Origin: Mycoplasmatota bacterium
GTDB taxonomy: Bacteria; Bacillota_I; Bacilli_A; Izemoplasmatales; Izemoplasmataceae
DNA length: 32,955 nt
Reading direction: 5' to 3'
NCBI GenBank assembly: GCA_030595255.1
Contig: JAUVDP010000012.1
Span: forward strand, 1 to 32,955
The notes under the pieces were generated by a model. The model worked only from the letters and a program-made list of their open reading frames with translations, made no database searches and was not told where the DNA came from. Positions 8,876-18,244 of the stretch are shown piece by piece. The position numbers and the translations under genes are program-made. Position 1 is the first letter of the stretch. Every line of letters starts with the position of its first letter.

Positions 8876-8890
8876 CAACTATCAGTTGAC
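8876..8890. promoter_or_regulatory. perfect palindrome TCAACT-ATC-AGTTGA upstream of the HTH regulator gene (candidate operator)
   Basis: 6-3-6 inverted repeat, read directly from the sequence. Confidence 0.25.
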
Positions 8891-8971
8891 CTATATAAAT
8901 GCCTTAGTTAAAGTATTTATCATATAATCTAACTCTTATTATAACATAGTTTTTCTATTAAAAATCTTTAA

Positions 8972-9004
8972 ATAAAAAAGGCTTATCAAATAACAAGCCT
9001 TTAA
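8972..9004 (-). terminator. minus-strand hairpin + U-tract, about 320 bp downstream of the fic stop
   Basis: AAGGCTT..AAGCCTT followed by TTTTATTT on the minus strand. Confidence 0.35.
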
Positions 9005-9324
9005 TAGTTAATCTTTTTATAAAAATGTAAATGATATTAATAATGTTGATAAGTCACCATAGTTAGTTCTAATATAAGTTAAATCAAATAGAACTTTAAA
9101 AATAAACGCTATAAATCCTCATGCAATTCTTTCAAGAATTGCAATAATAACTAGCGATATCATTATTAAAGCTTTTGATTTACCTATTTTATGTATTTGT
9201 ACTTCTTTTTTCTTAATTAATACTGCCGCAAGACCTAGTAAAGATAACAACGATAAAACTTATTGTTAATATACTTATTAATCTAGTAAAAGTTTCCACA
9301 AAATCCACTTCATTTATTTAACTA

Positions 9325-10416
9325 TCAAAATATCACCATATTATCCTCGTTGTGTGTAGTTTTTCCGTACCAATTTCTTTTATATCTTGCATCTTTAAAA
9401 TTACCTATTTTTTTAATCTTTTGTTCATTTAATAGATTCTTAATAACTTTTTTAATAGTTTCATGTGAAATATCAGGCCATACGAGATGAATCTCTTTTC
9501 TTGAAATAGGATTCCAACTCTTCTTAATTGTTTCTTCAATTCTAAATTTCTTACTTTTCTTTTCGTTATCTACAATTCTAAAACGGCTATTTAACTCAAT
9601 ATGGCAAGAATATAAAGATTCTAGAAAGTTTTCAATAAAAGGATTATAGTCATTACTATTATCATCCCAATTTATTGAAGATAATCTTATAGATTCATAA
9701 TATTCAGATTTATAGTTGTTAATTTGTTTCTCAAATGAAACAAATTCTCCAACGTTATATTCATTTCTAAATAATAGTAATAATGATAATAACCTTGATA
9801 TTCTACCATTACCTTCACTAAATGGTTGAATACAAAGGAAATCGAAAATTACACAAGGTATCAATAACAATCTAGGAATAGCTCTGTCATCTAGCGCTTC
9901 TTTAAAGCCTCTAACTAGCAGTTCCATCGCCCCATTAGTATCTTGTGAACTTACAGGGTTAAGAATAACTTTCCTAGTTCCATTTGGTAAATCCTCGGTA
10001 AATAAAATATCATTATCTTTATAAGCCCCTACTGAGTTTAGTCCTGTATGTAATAATAGTGTTTTATGAAAATCTCTTATAATATATTCATTAAATTGAA
10101 AGCTGTCATAATTAGTAAAAATCTCATTTATTACATCACTATAACCTAAAATTATTCCCTCACTCCGATTAACAGGATCTATGTGTTTGTCAATAAGTGA
10201 TTCAATTCTTTTATCAGTTGCAAAAATACCGTCAATAGCGTTAGATGCTTTTACAGATTGAGTTTTTGAAATATCTCGTAGATTACTAAATACTTTTGGA
10301 TACATTTCACTATTAATCATTCCAACTGCTTGAATTTTTTCAATTGATACTAATAATGACAAAACATTATTAGATATACGGTCTGTCTTTAAAAATGAAT
10401 AATCATAAACTTTCAC
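9325..10416 (-). CDS. Fic/DOC-family protein with a degenerate catalytic motif (QPFSEGNGRISR instead of HPFxEGNGRxxR)
   Basis: ..CIQPFSEGNGRISRLL, where the codon is CAA (Gln) in the place of His. The likely start is GTG 10416, with SD AGGAGTGA 7 nt upstream. The track ORF extends to GTG 10455, which is directly preceded by an in-frame TAG and has no SD. Confidence 0.7.
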   Translation of the reverse strand: MKVYDYSFLKTDRISNNVLSLLVSIEKIQAVGMINSEMYPKVFSNLRDISKTQSVKASNAIDGIFATDKRIESLIDKHIDPVNRSEGIILGYSDVINEIFTNYDSFQFNEYIIRDFHKTLLLHTGLNSVGAYKDNDILFTEDLPNGTRKVILNPVSSQDTNGAMELLVRGFKEALDDRAIPRLLLIPCVIFDFLCIQPFSEGNGRISRLLSLLLLFRNEYNVGEFVSFEKQINNYKSEYYESIRLSSINWDDNSNDYNPFIENFLESLYSCHIELNSRFRIVDNEKKSKKFRIEETIKKSWNPISRKEIHLVWPDISHETIKKVIKNLLNEQKIKKIGNFKDARYKRNWYGKTTHNEDNMVIF

Positions 10417-10430
10417 ATAATCACTCCTTA

Positions 10431-10520
10431 CTAGGTATATTTTATCATATTGCACCTAGTAAATCAATAATAATTCTTTTTACTAGGTATTTAATACAAT
10501 GTATTACCTAGTAAAATAAA
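10431..10520. promoter_or_regulatory. two tandem copies of a 9-bp inverted repeat (TACTAGGTA-N15-TACCTAGTA) over the fic promoter and 5'UTR
   Basis: Copy 1 is at 10431-10467 and overlaps the fic RBS region. Copy 2 is at 10484-10516. Both were read directly from the sequence. Confidence 0.3.
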
Positions 10521-10545
10521 AAGACTAGAATTTTCTAGTCTTTGA
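10512..10545 (-). terminator. terminator of the YbaN-like gene
   Basis: AAAGACTAGAA..TTCTAGTCTTT is an 11-bp perfect stem, with TTTTTATTTT on the minus strand. Confidence 0.5.
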
Positions 10546-10583
10546 TATTAAGTGATCTTTATAAAAATATAATCATTATAACT

Positions 10584-10946
10584 TTAATTAAATACTATAT
10601 TTAGTCTATATAAGAATACAGTATGAAGAATTCCTACAATAAATAAGATACTTCCAAATAAAATACTTTGGGAAAGAATAATACTAATACATATAACAAA
10701 CCATATTGTAATTACTGCAGTTTTTCTATCTTTATATGTTATACCTCTGTATTTAGTATAATTAGTGATAATAGGGCCAAATGTTTTATTATTCATTAGC
10801 CAGTTATATAATCTATCAGAACTATGTGTAAAGAAATAAGCAGCTATTATTAAGAATATTGTTGTAGGTAAACCGGGTACTACTACTCCTATTGCGCCAA
10901 TTGCTAACATTATAGATCCTAATATTATATATACAATTCTTTTCAT
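10584..10946 (-). CDS. DUF454/YbaN-family small inner-membrane protein
   Basis: PGLPTTIFLIIAAYFFTHSSDRLYNWLMNNKTFGPII is YbaN-like. It has 3-4 TM helices. SD GAGGTGA. Confidence 0.55.
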   Translation of the reverse strand: MKRIVYIILGSIMLAIGAIGVVVPGLPTTIFLIIAAYFFTHSSDRLYNWLMNNKTFGPIITNYTKYRGITYKDRKTAVITIWFVICISIILSQSILFGSILFIVGILHTVFLYRLNIVFN

Positions 10947-11029
10947 TTCTTCACCTCAAATCTTATATTATTTCTCTTTATACTATATCATAAAAATTAT
11001 AATTAAAGGAGGTATATGCTTATCTCTCA

Positions 11030-11059
11030 AAAAAAACAACATACTGTGTATGTTGTTTA
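11030..11059 (-). terminator. terminator of the 11057-11683 gene
   Basis: AACAACATAC-ACAG-TATGTTGTT, followed by T8 on the minus strand. Confidence 0.45.
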
Positions 11060-11683
11060 GTATTCCATTCTTGAATATGCCATTATTATATATGTAGTAA
11101 TATGAGTAATGAACAATATAAGCATTACTACTCCTACCACCATATAATATGGGGGTGAATATGGACCACTAAAGAAGAAAGGATATATAAATATTACTAG
11201 AAAATATAATGATAGTACTAAAATTTTCCCAAATAATTTCGGCCAATTAGGAATCCATCTCTTTAGTTCTAAGAATACAAAAACTAAAATAAGAAGCGCT
11301 AAAAATCCTACAAATGAAGAAATCAAACCATAATGCAGTGCTTCATTATAACCAACATTCCAATCTATCATGCGTACTTGAAAGTAAGTTATTGTAATTA
11401 ATGCTACTGGTATAGGTGGAAATACTATCATTGCAATCATTCTTAACTTTTTATGTGTCATATCTACTGCCTTATACAAATTAGTTGATTTATTTACAAT
11501 AATAATTCCAAATACAGGTATAGCAATTATAGTGTAAAATGCAGTGTAAATTATATCATTATAATATTCTCTAAAACTTAAATAAATTAAACCTATTGAT
11601 ATTACTGATACAATAACAATTATTAAATGATTTTTTTTGTAGTCTATAAAATGTTTTTTACTAGCTTCTAATATCTCTGTCAT
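11057..11683 (-). CDS. hypothetical polytopic membrane protein
   Basis: 208 aa with about 6 predicted TM helices. SD AGGGAGAG. No recognisable family. Confidence 0.45.
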   Translation of the reverse strand: MTEILEASKKHFIDYKKNHLIIVIVSVISIGLIYLSFREYYNDIIYTAFYTIIAIPVFGIIIVNKSTNLYKAVDMTHKKLRMIAMIVFPPIPVALITITYFQVRMIDWNVGYNEALHYGLISSFVGFLALLILVFVFLELKRWIPNWPKLFGKILVLSLYFLVIFIYPFFFSGPYSPPYYMVVGVVMLILFITHITTYIIMAYSRMEY

Positions 11684-11707
11684 AGTAACTCTCCCTTGTT
11701 TTCTGTA

Positions 11708-11791
11708 TGGTGCGGTCGATGAGATTTGAACTCACACATCCTAAGATACTACCCCCTCAAGGTAGCGCGTCTGCCGTTCCGCCACGACCGC
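11708..11791 (-). tRNA. tRNA-Leu (anticodon GAG), class II with a long variable arm, CCA encoded
   Basis: The reverse complement is GCGGTCGTGGCGGAACGGCAGACGCGCTACCTTGAGGGGGTAG..GTGAGTTCAAATCTCATCGACCGCACCA. Acceptor pairing is GCGGTCG/CGACCGC. The anticodon stem is CTACC/GGTAG with loop TTGAGGG. The T-loop is TTCAAAT. Confidence 0.85.
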
Positions 11792-11913
11792 ATAAAGTAA
11801 TTATAACATTATAAGGTTAAATTGTTTATTAGTTTTTTTATTATTTTATTTAGATTTAGTCTTCACATTATGACTAAAATTTGATACAATTTAAACAGTC
11901 TAGGAGTGATAAT

Positions 11914-12456
11914 ATGTTAGTAATGATTGGTGCAAGTGCAAGTGGTAAGACAGAAATAGCGAAAATACTAATAGAGAAATACGGATTTAGTAAATTAGTT
12001 ACCTATACAACACGTGATATGCGTGAAGGTGAAGTAAATGGAATCGATTATCACTTCATTTCTATTGAAGAGTTTGAAAAGAAAAAAAAGAAGAGAGAAT
12101 TCTTAGAAACTGCACAATATCACAACACTTATTACGGTTCACCTAAAAAAGGTGCAGATGAAATGAAAGTCATCATTGTTGAGCCTAAAGGAGATAACTC
12201 AATATTTAGAAAAAATCTTCCTAAGACAATATTTATCTATTTAGAAACAGATCAACTTATAAGAAGAGTTAGAATGTTAAATAGAGGGGATAAACTTGAA
12301 GATGTTGAATCAAGATTTAAAGAAGATAAAAAACATTTTAGAAAATCTAGGTTTAAGCACCTAGATCACATTGTAAATACTAGTTCACATACTTTAGAAG
12401 AATTAGCAGAAAACATCTATCATTTGTACACTGAAGATATCAAAAACCAAAACTAA
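11914..12456 (+). CDS. guanylate kinase-family protein (short Gmk-like P-loop kinase)
   Basis: P-loop GASASGKTE and TTRDMREGEVNGIDYHFIS, the guanylate kinase signature. The ATG at 11914 has SD AGGAGTGA upstream. The track start at 11881 is a TTG. Confidence 0.55.
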   Translation: MLVMIGASASGKTEIAKILIEKYGFSKLVTYTTRDMREGEVNGIDYHFISIEEFEKKKKKREFLETAQYHNTYYGSPKKGADEMKVIIVEPKGDNSIFRKNLPKTIFIYLETDQLIRRVRMLNRGDKLEDVESRFKEDKKHFRKSRFKHLDHIVNTSSHTLEELAENIYHLYTEDIKNQN

Positions 12457-12476
12457 TAGTTTTGGTTTTTTTATAC
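12443..12476 (+). terminator. intrinsic terminator
   Basis: AAAACCAAAAC-TAATA-GTTTTGGTTTT followed by TTTT. The stop codon sits in the loop. Confidence 0.5.
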
Positions 12477-12531
12477 AAGGGTGTTATAATGGTTTTATAA
12501 TAAAACTAATGTTTCAAAAGGATGGTGCACG

Positions 12532-13851
12532 ATGGAAACTTTGTTGACACTTGATAACTTTGCTTTTATTTCTTTTTATGAAGTATTAACTGAAAGTATT
12601 ATCTATAATATTGCATTACTATTAACCCTAGGTATAATTGGTGGTAAATTAGCTAATTTGGTTAAACTACCTAAAGTTACAGGATATATTATTATTGGTA
12701 TAATCGCGGGACCTAGTGCCCTCCATTTACTAAGTTCAGACGTTCTATATAGTTTTAAACCATTTAAAATCTTAGCTTTAGGTTTTATTGGTTTTAATAT
12801 TGGAATGGAACTGAACTTTTCTAATTTAAAAAGTTCAGGTAGACATGTGCTATTTATTACATTTAGTCAGGCAATATTAACATTCCTTATGGTAATGTTT
12901 GCTGTAGTTTTATTTGTAGATGAGTATAAATGGACTTATGGACTTATTTTTGGAGCAATAGCTACAGTAACTACTCCTGCTCCAATACTTGCTTGTATTA
13001 AGAGTTATAACGTAAAAGGAAGACTATCTGATTTGTTATGTCCGATGGTTGCACTTGATGATGCTATTGGTATTATGATTTTTGCGTTTGTTTTACCAAT
13101 CTCTGTTTACTTAGCTGGACATAGTGGGGAAGTAATAAGTGGAACTACTTTAATTATTGGACCTCTATTTGAAATTGGTTTTTCAATTCTAATAGGTAGT
13201 ATAATCGGATTGATTTTAATATACGTTTTAGATCACTTTAAAAAGGGAGATAATGTTTCATTACTCTTAATAGTGGTTATTGGGATACTATTTGGAATTG
13301 CAATTGGATACGCAGTCGAGATTTCAGCTATTTTGTTACCATTAACTATAGGAGTATTAATAGCGAATGGTCTTGAAAGAGAATTTATGTTTAAGATTAA
13401 AGAAAATACCGATGCTATTATATTACCCTTATTACTTGTATTTTTTACTTTATCAGGAGCTGAACTTAAAATTCATTTATTATGGCAAATAGGTGGGCTT
13501 GGTTTGATCTATATAGTTGTTAGATTAATAGCTAAATATTTAGCTACTAGTTTCTCATCGAAAATCATTGGTGAAAATAGTGATGTTGTAAGATATTTAG
13601 GAGTTGCTTTAATACCTCAAGGTGGGGTAGCAATCGATATGGCAATCCTAGCTGAATTTAGATTTATACAGCTTGCTAACGAGACAAACAGTGCTTTAGC
13701 TGAAATTGGTTCTACTATTCTAACTGTAATTTTAGCAGCTACTGTTATTTATAAAATATTTGGTGAAATTATTGTTAAATGGGCATTTGATCAAGCACAT
13801 GAAATACCTAAACATGACAAGGATTATTTGGAACATCAACATGTTCTTTAG
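12532..13851 (+). CDS. cation:proton antiporter (CPA/Na+-H+ exchanger family membrane protein)
   Basis: 439 aa with about 12 TM helices. The motifs and topology are KefB/NapA-like. An extended -10 TGTTATAAT lies at about 12483. Confidence 0.75.
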   Translation: METLLTLDNFAFISFYEVLTESIIYNIALLLTLGIIGGKLANLVKLPKVTGYIIIGIIAGPSALHLLSSDVLYSFKPFKILALGFIGFNIGMELNFSNLKSSGRHVLFITFSQAILTFLMVMFAVVLFVDEYKWTYGLIFGAIATVTTPAPILACIKSYNVKGRLSDLLCPMVALDDAIGIMIFAFVLPISVYLAGHSGEVISGTTLIIGPLFEIGFSILIGSIIGLILIYVLDHFKKGDNVSLLLIVVIGILFGIAIGYAVEISAILLPLTIGVLIANGLEREFMFKIKENTDAIILPLLLVFFTLSGAELKIHLLWQIGGLGLIYIVVRLIAKYLATSFSSKIIGENSDVVRYLGVALIPQGGVAIDMAILAEFRFIQLANETNSALAEIGSTILTVILAATVIYKIFGEIIVKWAFDQAHEIPKHDKDYLEHQHVL

Positions 13852-13860
13852 ATAGTTGAC

Positions 13861-13890
13861 AAGCAGTTCAATTTGAACTGCTTTTTTTGT
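13861..13890 (+). terminator. intrinsic terminator
   Basis: AAGCAGTTCAA-TT-TGAACTGCTT followed by TTTTTTT. Confidence 0.55.
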
Positions 13891-13999
13891 TATTTAAAAT
13901 CATTACAATTCCAGAATTGTTTGTATAGAAAGTAAGCGTTTTTATGTTATGATAGTAATAAGGAATTATTTTGTACATCAAAACACTTTGGAGGCATAT

Positions 14000-15542
14000 T
14001 ATGAATAAAAACATATTAGACAAAATTAAAGTTGAAACACTAACGGCTAATCCTGAATTAAATGAGCCACATAAGAACTTACATGAGAAAGAAGTTAGAG
14101 TAGTTCTTAAGAACTGTGACATTATTAATCCTGAAAATATTAACCATTATATTGCTAAAGATGGTTATTTTGCGATTAATCAGATTTTAACAGGAATGTC
14201 ACAAGAAGATGTAATTAAAGTTGTATCTGATTCTGGACTTCGTGGTCGTGGTGGTGGTGGATTCCCTACAGGTAGAAAATGGAACTTTGCTTATAAAAAT
14301 GAAAATGATACGAAATATATAATATGTAATGCTGATGAAGGTGATCCAGGGGCATTTATGGATCGTTCAGTACTTGAAAAAGATCCACACAGTATTCTTG
14401 AAGGTATGATAATTGCGGGATTCGCAATTGGAGCTGAAACTGGGTTTATTTATGTTAGAGCTGAATACCCACTAGCAGCAGAAAGATTACAAAAAGCAAT
14501 TGATGATGCACTTGAACTTAATATCTTAGGTGAAAATATCTTTGGTACTAAGTTTAATTTTAAAATTGAAATTAGATTAGGTGCTGGGGCATTTGTTTGT
14601 GGTGAAGAAACAGCGTTAATTGCTTCAATAGAAGGTAATAGAGGCATGAGTAAAAATAAACCTCCTTATCCAGCTATTGAAGGATTATATGGTAAACCTA
14701 CAATTATTAATAACGTTGAAACGTTAGCTAATATATCTCAAATAATATTAAAAGGTAGTAAATGGTTTAGATCATTTGGTACAGAAAAATCTCCAGGAAC
14801 TAAAGTATTTGCTTTAGCTGGTAAAATTAAGAATACTGGACTTATTGAAGTTCCTATGGGAATAACTTTAGGTGAAATTATTCATGATATCGGTCGTGGT
14901 GTTGGGAACAAGAGAAAATTTAAAGCAGTTCTTACTGGTGGACCTAGTGGTGGGTGTTTAACTGAAAAACATTTGGATCAAGAAGTTGATTTTGATACAC
15001 TAGTAGCCCTTGGAAGTATGATGGGCTCAGGTGGAATGATTGTTTTAGATGATCATGACTGTATGGTTGATATTGCTAAATTCTATTTAGATTTTAGTGT
15101 AGATGAAAGTTGTGGTAAATGTACTCCTTGTAGAGAAGGTACTATCCAACTTTATAAATTATTAGAAAAAATCACTAATGGTGAAGGAACTATAGCTGAT
15201 TTAGATAAACTTAAAAAACTATCTAAAGCAGTTAAGAAAACTTCTTTATGTGGACTTGGTATGACAGCTCCAAATCCTATCTTATCAACATTAGAACATT
15301 TCTACGATGAGTATTTAGCTCATGTTACTCATAAAGTATGCCCAGCAAGTTCTTGTAGAGGGTTAATTGAAAAATATATAATCCAAGATAACTGTGTTGG
15401 ATGTACAATATGTGCTAAAAGATGCCCTGTTCAGTGTATAACTGGCGAGAGAAAGGGTCTTCACGTTATTGATCAAGATGCTTGTATCCAATGTGGAGAA
15501 TGTTTTGCATCATGTAATTTTGATGCAATAATTACTAAGTAG
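14000..15542 (+). CDS. NuoF-like NAD(H)/FMN/[4Fe-4S] subunit of a formate dehydrogenase complex (beta), with an extra C-terminal 2x[4Fe-4S] ferredoxin domain
   Basis: GLRGRGGGGFPTGRKW is the NuoF FMN site. CGKCTPCREG is present. The C-terminus has CVGCTICAKRCP..CIQCGECFASC. SD GGAGG lies before ATG 14000. The track start at 13971 is upstream of the SD. Confidence 0.85.
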
Positions 15543-15544
15543 AG

Positions 15545-18235
15545 GTGACTACGATGAAGATGATAAATTTAAAAATAAACGATCAAGAAATAGTTGTTGA
15601 AGCAGGGAAAAATATTTTAGATTATTGTGTAGAACTTGGAATAGATATTCCAACATTTTGTCATGATGAAAGAATCAAATCTGAAGGTGCATGTAGAATG
15701 TGTGTTGTTGAAGTTAAAGGAATAAATAGGCTACTAGCTAGTTGTGCTACTCCTGCAACTGATGGAATGGAAATTAAAACTCATTCACCTGAAGTTATGG
15801 AAGCTAGAAAAGATGTTCTTGAATTAACTTGGGCAAGTCATCCAAATGATTGCGTTGTATGTGATGCTAATGGTGATTGTAAACTTCAAGATTATTCATA
15901 TGAATATAATTTAACTTCTATTCCTGAATATGATGGACATAAAAGAAACTTTAGTATTGATGATTCTAATAAATTCTTTTATATCGATCCTGAAAAATGT
16001 ATTTTATGTGGTAAATGTGTTTATGTTTGTAAAGATCTTCAAGGTGTTGAAGCTTTAGGATTTAATCAACGTGGTCACGATACATTTATTTCATTCGCTT
16101 TTGATAATGGTATGGAACAATCAAATTGTGTTAGTTGTGGTAACTGTGTTAGTGTTTGTCCAACTGGTGCATTAATGGAAAAAAGTAACGTAATGTTTAG
16201 AAGTTGGGAAACTAAGAAAACAAGAACTACTTGTCCATATTGCGGTGTTGGTTGCCAATTTGATATCGTAACTAAAGGAGAACAAGTCGTTAGAATAGAC
16301 CCAGCTCCTGGAACTCCTAATGAAGGATTATTATGTGTTAAAGGTAAGTTTGCTTATAAATTCATTAACCATAAAGGTAGATTAACTAGTCCTTTAATTA
16401 AAGAAAACGGTGAATTTAGAGAAGCTTCATGGGATGAAGCTTATGATTTAATCGCTAGTAAATATACTGAATTAAATAATAAATACGGTTCAGCAACATT
16501 CGCAGGTCTTGCGAGTGCTAAATGTACTAATGAAGAAAACTATATGTTCCAAAAATTATTCCGTGCAGCAATTGGTACAAACAATGTAGATCACTGCGCT
16601 AGACTATGTCATGCTTCTACTGTTGCTGGACTAGCTACTACTTTAGGTAGTGGTGCAATGACTAACAGTATCGCTGAAGTAAAAGATCATGATGTAATAT
16701 TTGTTATTGGATCTAATACAACTGAAACACATCCTGTTATTGGATCATTTATGAAACAAGCGATTGCTAAAGGTTCTAAAATAATTGTTGCTGATCCTCG
16801 TGAAATTGAATTAGCGGAAGGTGCTGATGTATTCCTAAAAATACTACCTGGAACTAATGTACCTTTATTAAACGCAATGATGAAAGTAATTTATAATGAA
16901 AATCTTCATGATATAGATTATATTTCAGAAAGAACAGAAAACTTTGAAACTACTTTAGAAACAATACAAAACACTGATATTGAAGAAGCCGCAGAAATTT
17001 GTGGTATAGACGCAGAAGATATTAGAAAAGCAGCTAGAATTTATGCTGCTGGAAATAAAGCTGGAATATATTATGCTATGGGTATTACTCAACATTCACA
17101 AGGTACCAACAATGTTAAGAGTATAGCTAACTTAGCACTACTATGCGGTAATGTAGGAATTGAATCTGGTGGAATCAACCCGCTACGTGGACAAAATAAT
17201 GTTCAAGGTGCTTGTGATATGGGTGGATTACCTGATGTATTCCCAGGATATCAAAAAGTGTTTAATGATGAAGCACGAGCTAAGTTTGAAAAAGCTTGGG
17301 GTGTTAAATTAGATAATAAAGTTGGATTAAGTTTACCTCATGTACTTGATGGTGCTTATGAAGACCAAATTAGATTCTTATATATAATGGGTGAAAATCC
17401 TGTAGTAAGTGATCCAGATACAACACATGTTAAGAAATCATTAGACAACTTAGACTTCTTAATAGTTCAAGACTTATTCATGACTGAAACTGCTGAAATG
17501 GCGGACGTTATTTTACCTGCTTCTTCATACGCAGAAAAAGAAGGAACTTTCACTAATACTGAAAGACGTGTTCAAATGATAAGACCAGCAATTAAACCTG
17601 TTGGTGATAGTAAAGCTGATTATATAATCATTCAAGAAATCATGAATAAAATAGGATATAATCAACCTATATTAACTCCAAGTGAAATTATGGATGAAGT
17701 TGCTACTCTAACTCCTATCTACGGAGGGGTTAGTTATGATAGAATACAAGAATTGGGATTACAATGGCCAGTTTTAGACCATAATCATCCTGGTACCAAG
17801 TACCTACACAAAGATAAGTTCGCACGTGGTCTAGGTCTATTTAGTGAAGTAGAATTCGCAGAAGCTAAAGAATTACCTGATGAAAACTTCCCTATAGTTC
17901 TAACTACAGGACGTGTATTATATCACTTCCATACAATTTCAATGACAGGTAAAAACGAAGAAATTAATGAAATAGTTCCTGAAAACTTTATTGAAATTAG
18001 TCCAAAAACAGCAGAAAGTTATAAACTTAAACACATGGATCACGCTAGTATTTCATCGAGACGTGGAACAACAAAAGCAGTTGTTCACGTAACTGATAAA
18101 ATCGGAGACGGAGTTATGTTTATGCCATTCCATTTCGCTGATGGAGCAAATATGTTAACAAATACTGAATTAGACGCAACGTGTAATATCCCTGAACTTA
18201 AAGTTTGCGCTGTTCAGATTGATGGAAAGTTATAG
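15545..18235 (+). CDS. fdhA: formate dehydrogenase catalytic subunit (Mo/W-bis-PGD), Cys-type, with a NuoG-like N-terminal Fe-S region
   Basis: The N-terminus has a 2Fe-2S site (CHDE..CRMC) and ferredoxin CxxCxxCxxxCP motifs. The MopB cluster is TTCPYCGVGCQFD. The active site ARLCHASTVAGL has Cys-His where selenoprotein homologs have Sec-His. There is no in-frame TGA. Confidence 0.9.
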   Translation: MTTMKMINLKINDQEIVVEAGKNILDYCVELGIDIPTFCHDERIKSEGACRMCVVEVKGINRLLASCATPATDGMEIKTHSPEVMEARKDVLELTWASHPNDCVVCDANGDCKLQDYSYEYNLTSIPEYDGHKRNFSIDDSNKFFYIDPEKCILCGKCVYVCKDLQGVEALGFNQRGHDTFISFAFDNGMEQSNCVSCGNCVSVCPTGALMEKSNVMFRSWETKKTRTTCPYCGVGCQFDIVTKGEQVVRIDPAPGTPNEGLLCVKGKFAYKFINHKGRLTSPLIKENGEFREASWDEAYDLIASKYTELNNKYGSATFAGLASAKCTNEENYMFQKLFRAAIGTNNVDHCARLCHASTVAGLATTLGSGAMTNSIAEVKDHDVIFVIGSNTTETHPVIGSFMKQAIAKGSKIIVADPREIELAEGADVFLKILPGTNVPLLNAMMKVIYNENLHDIDYISERTENFETTLETIQNTDIEEAAEICGIDAEDIRKAARIYAAGNKAGIYYAMGITQHSQGTNNVKSIANLALLCGNVGIESGGINPLRGQNNVQGACDMGGLPDVFPGYQKVFNDEARAKFEKAWGVKLDNKVGLSLPHVLDGAYEDQIRFLYIMGENPVVSDPDTTHVKKSLDNLDFLIVQDLFMTETAEMADVILPASSYAEKEGTFTNTERRVQMIRPAIKPVGDSKADYIIIQEIMNKIGYNQPILTPSEIMDEVATLTPIYGGVSYDRIQELGLQWPVLDHNHPGTKYLHKDKFARGLGLFSEVEFAEAKELPDENFPIVLTTGRVLYHFHTISMTGKNEEINEIVPENFIEISPKTAESYKLKHMDHASISSRRGTTKAVVHVTDKIGDGVMFMPFHFADGANMLTNTELDATCNIPELKVCAVQIDGKL

Positions 18236-18244
18236 GTGAATAAA

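Noticed and set aside
11016-11060. 14-codon ORF (MLISQKKQHTVYVV) with AAAGGAGGT upstream, overlapping a terminator.
   Set aside because: The SD-to-ATG spacing is only 3 nt. The ORF coincides with the opposite-strand terminator hairpin. It has no conserved context, so it is probably chance.
13896-13999. A possible second Moco riboswitch in the fdh operon leader.
   Set aside because: The leader is only about 100 nt and lacks the GCCUCCC / GGAAAGG blocks.
13868-14647. Minus-strand ORFs 13868-14122 and 14450-14647.
   Set aside because: They are antisense to the NuoF-like gene or within its leader, with no RBS, so they are spurious.
15545-18235. A selenocysteine (TGA/SECIS) site in fdhA.
   Set aside because: The ORF is continuous with a TGC Cys codon at the active-site position (ARLCHAST). 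There is no in-frame TGA.
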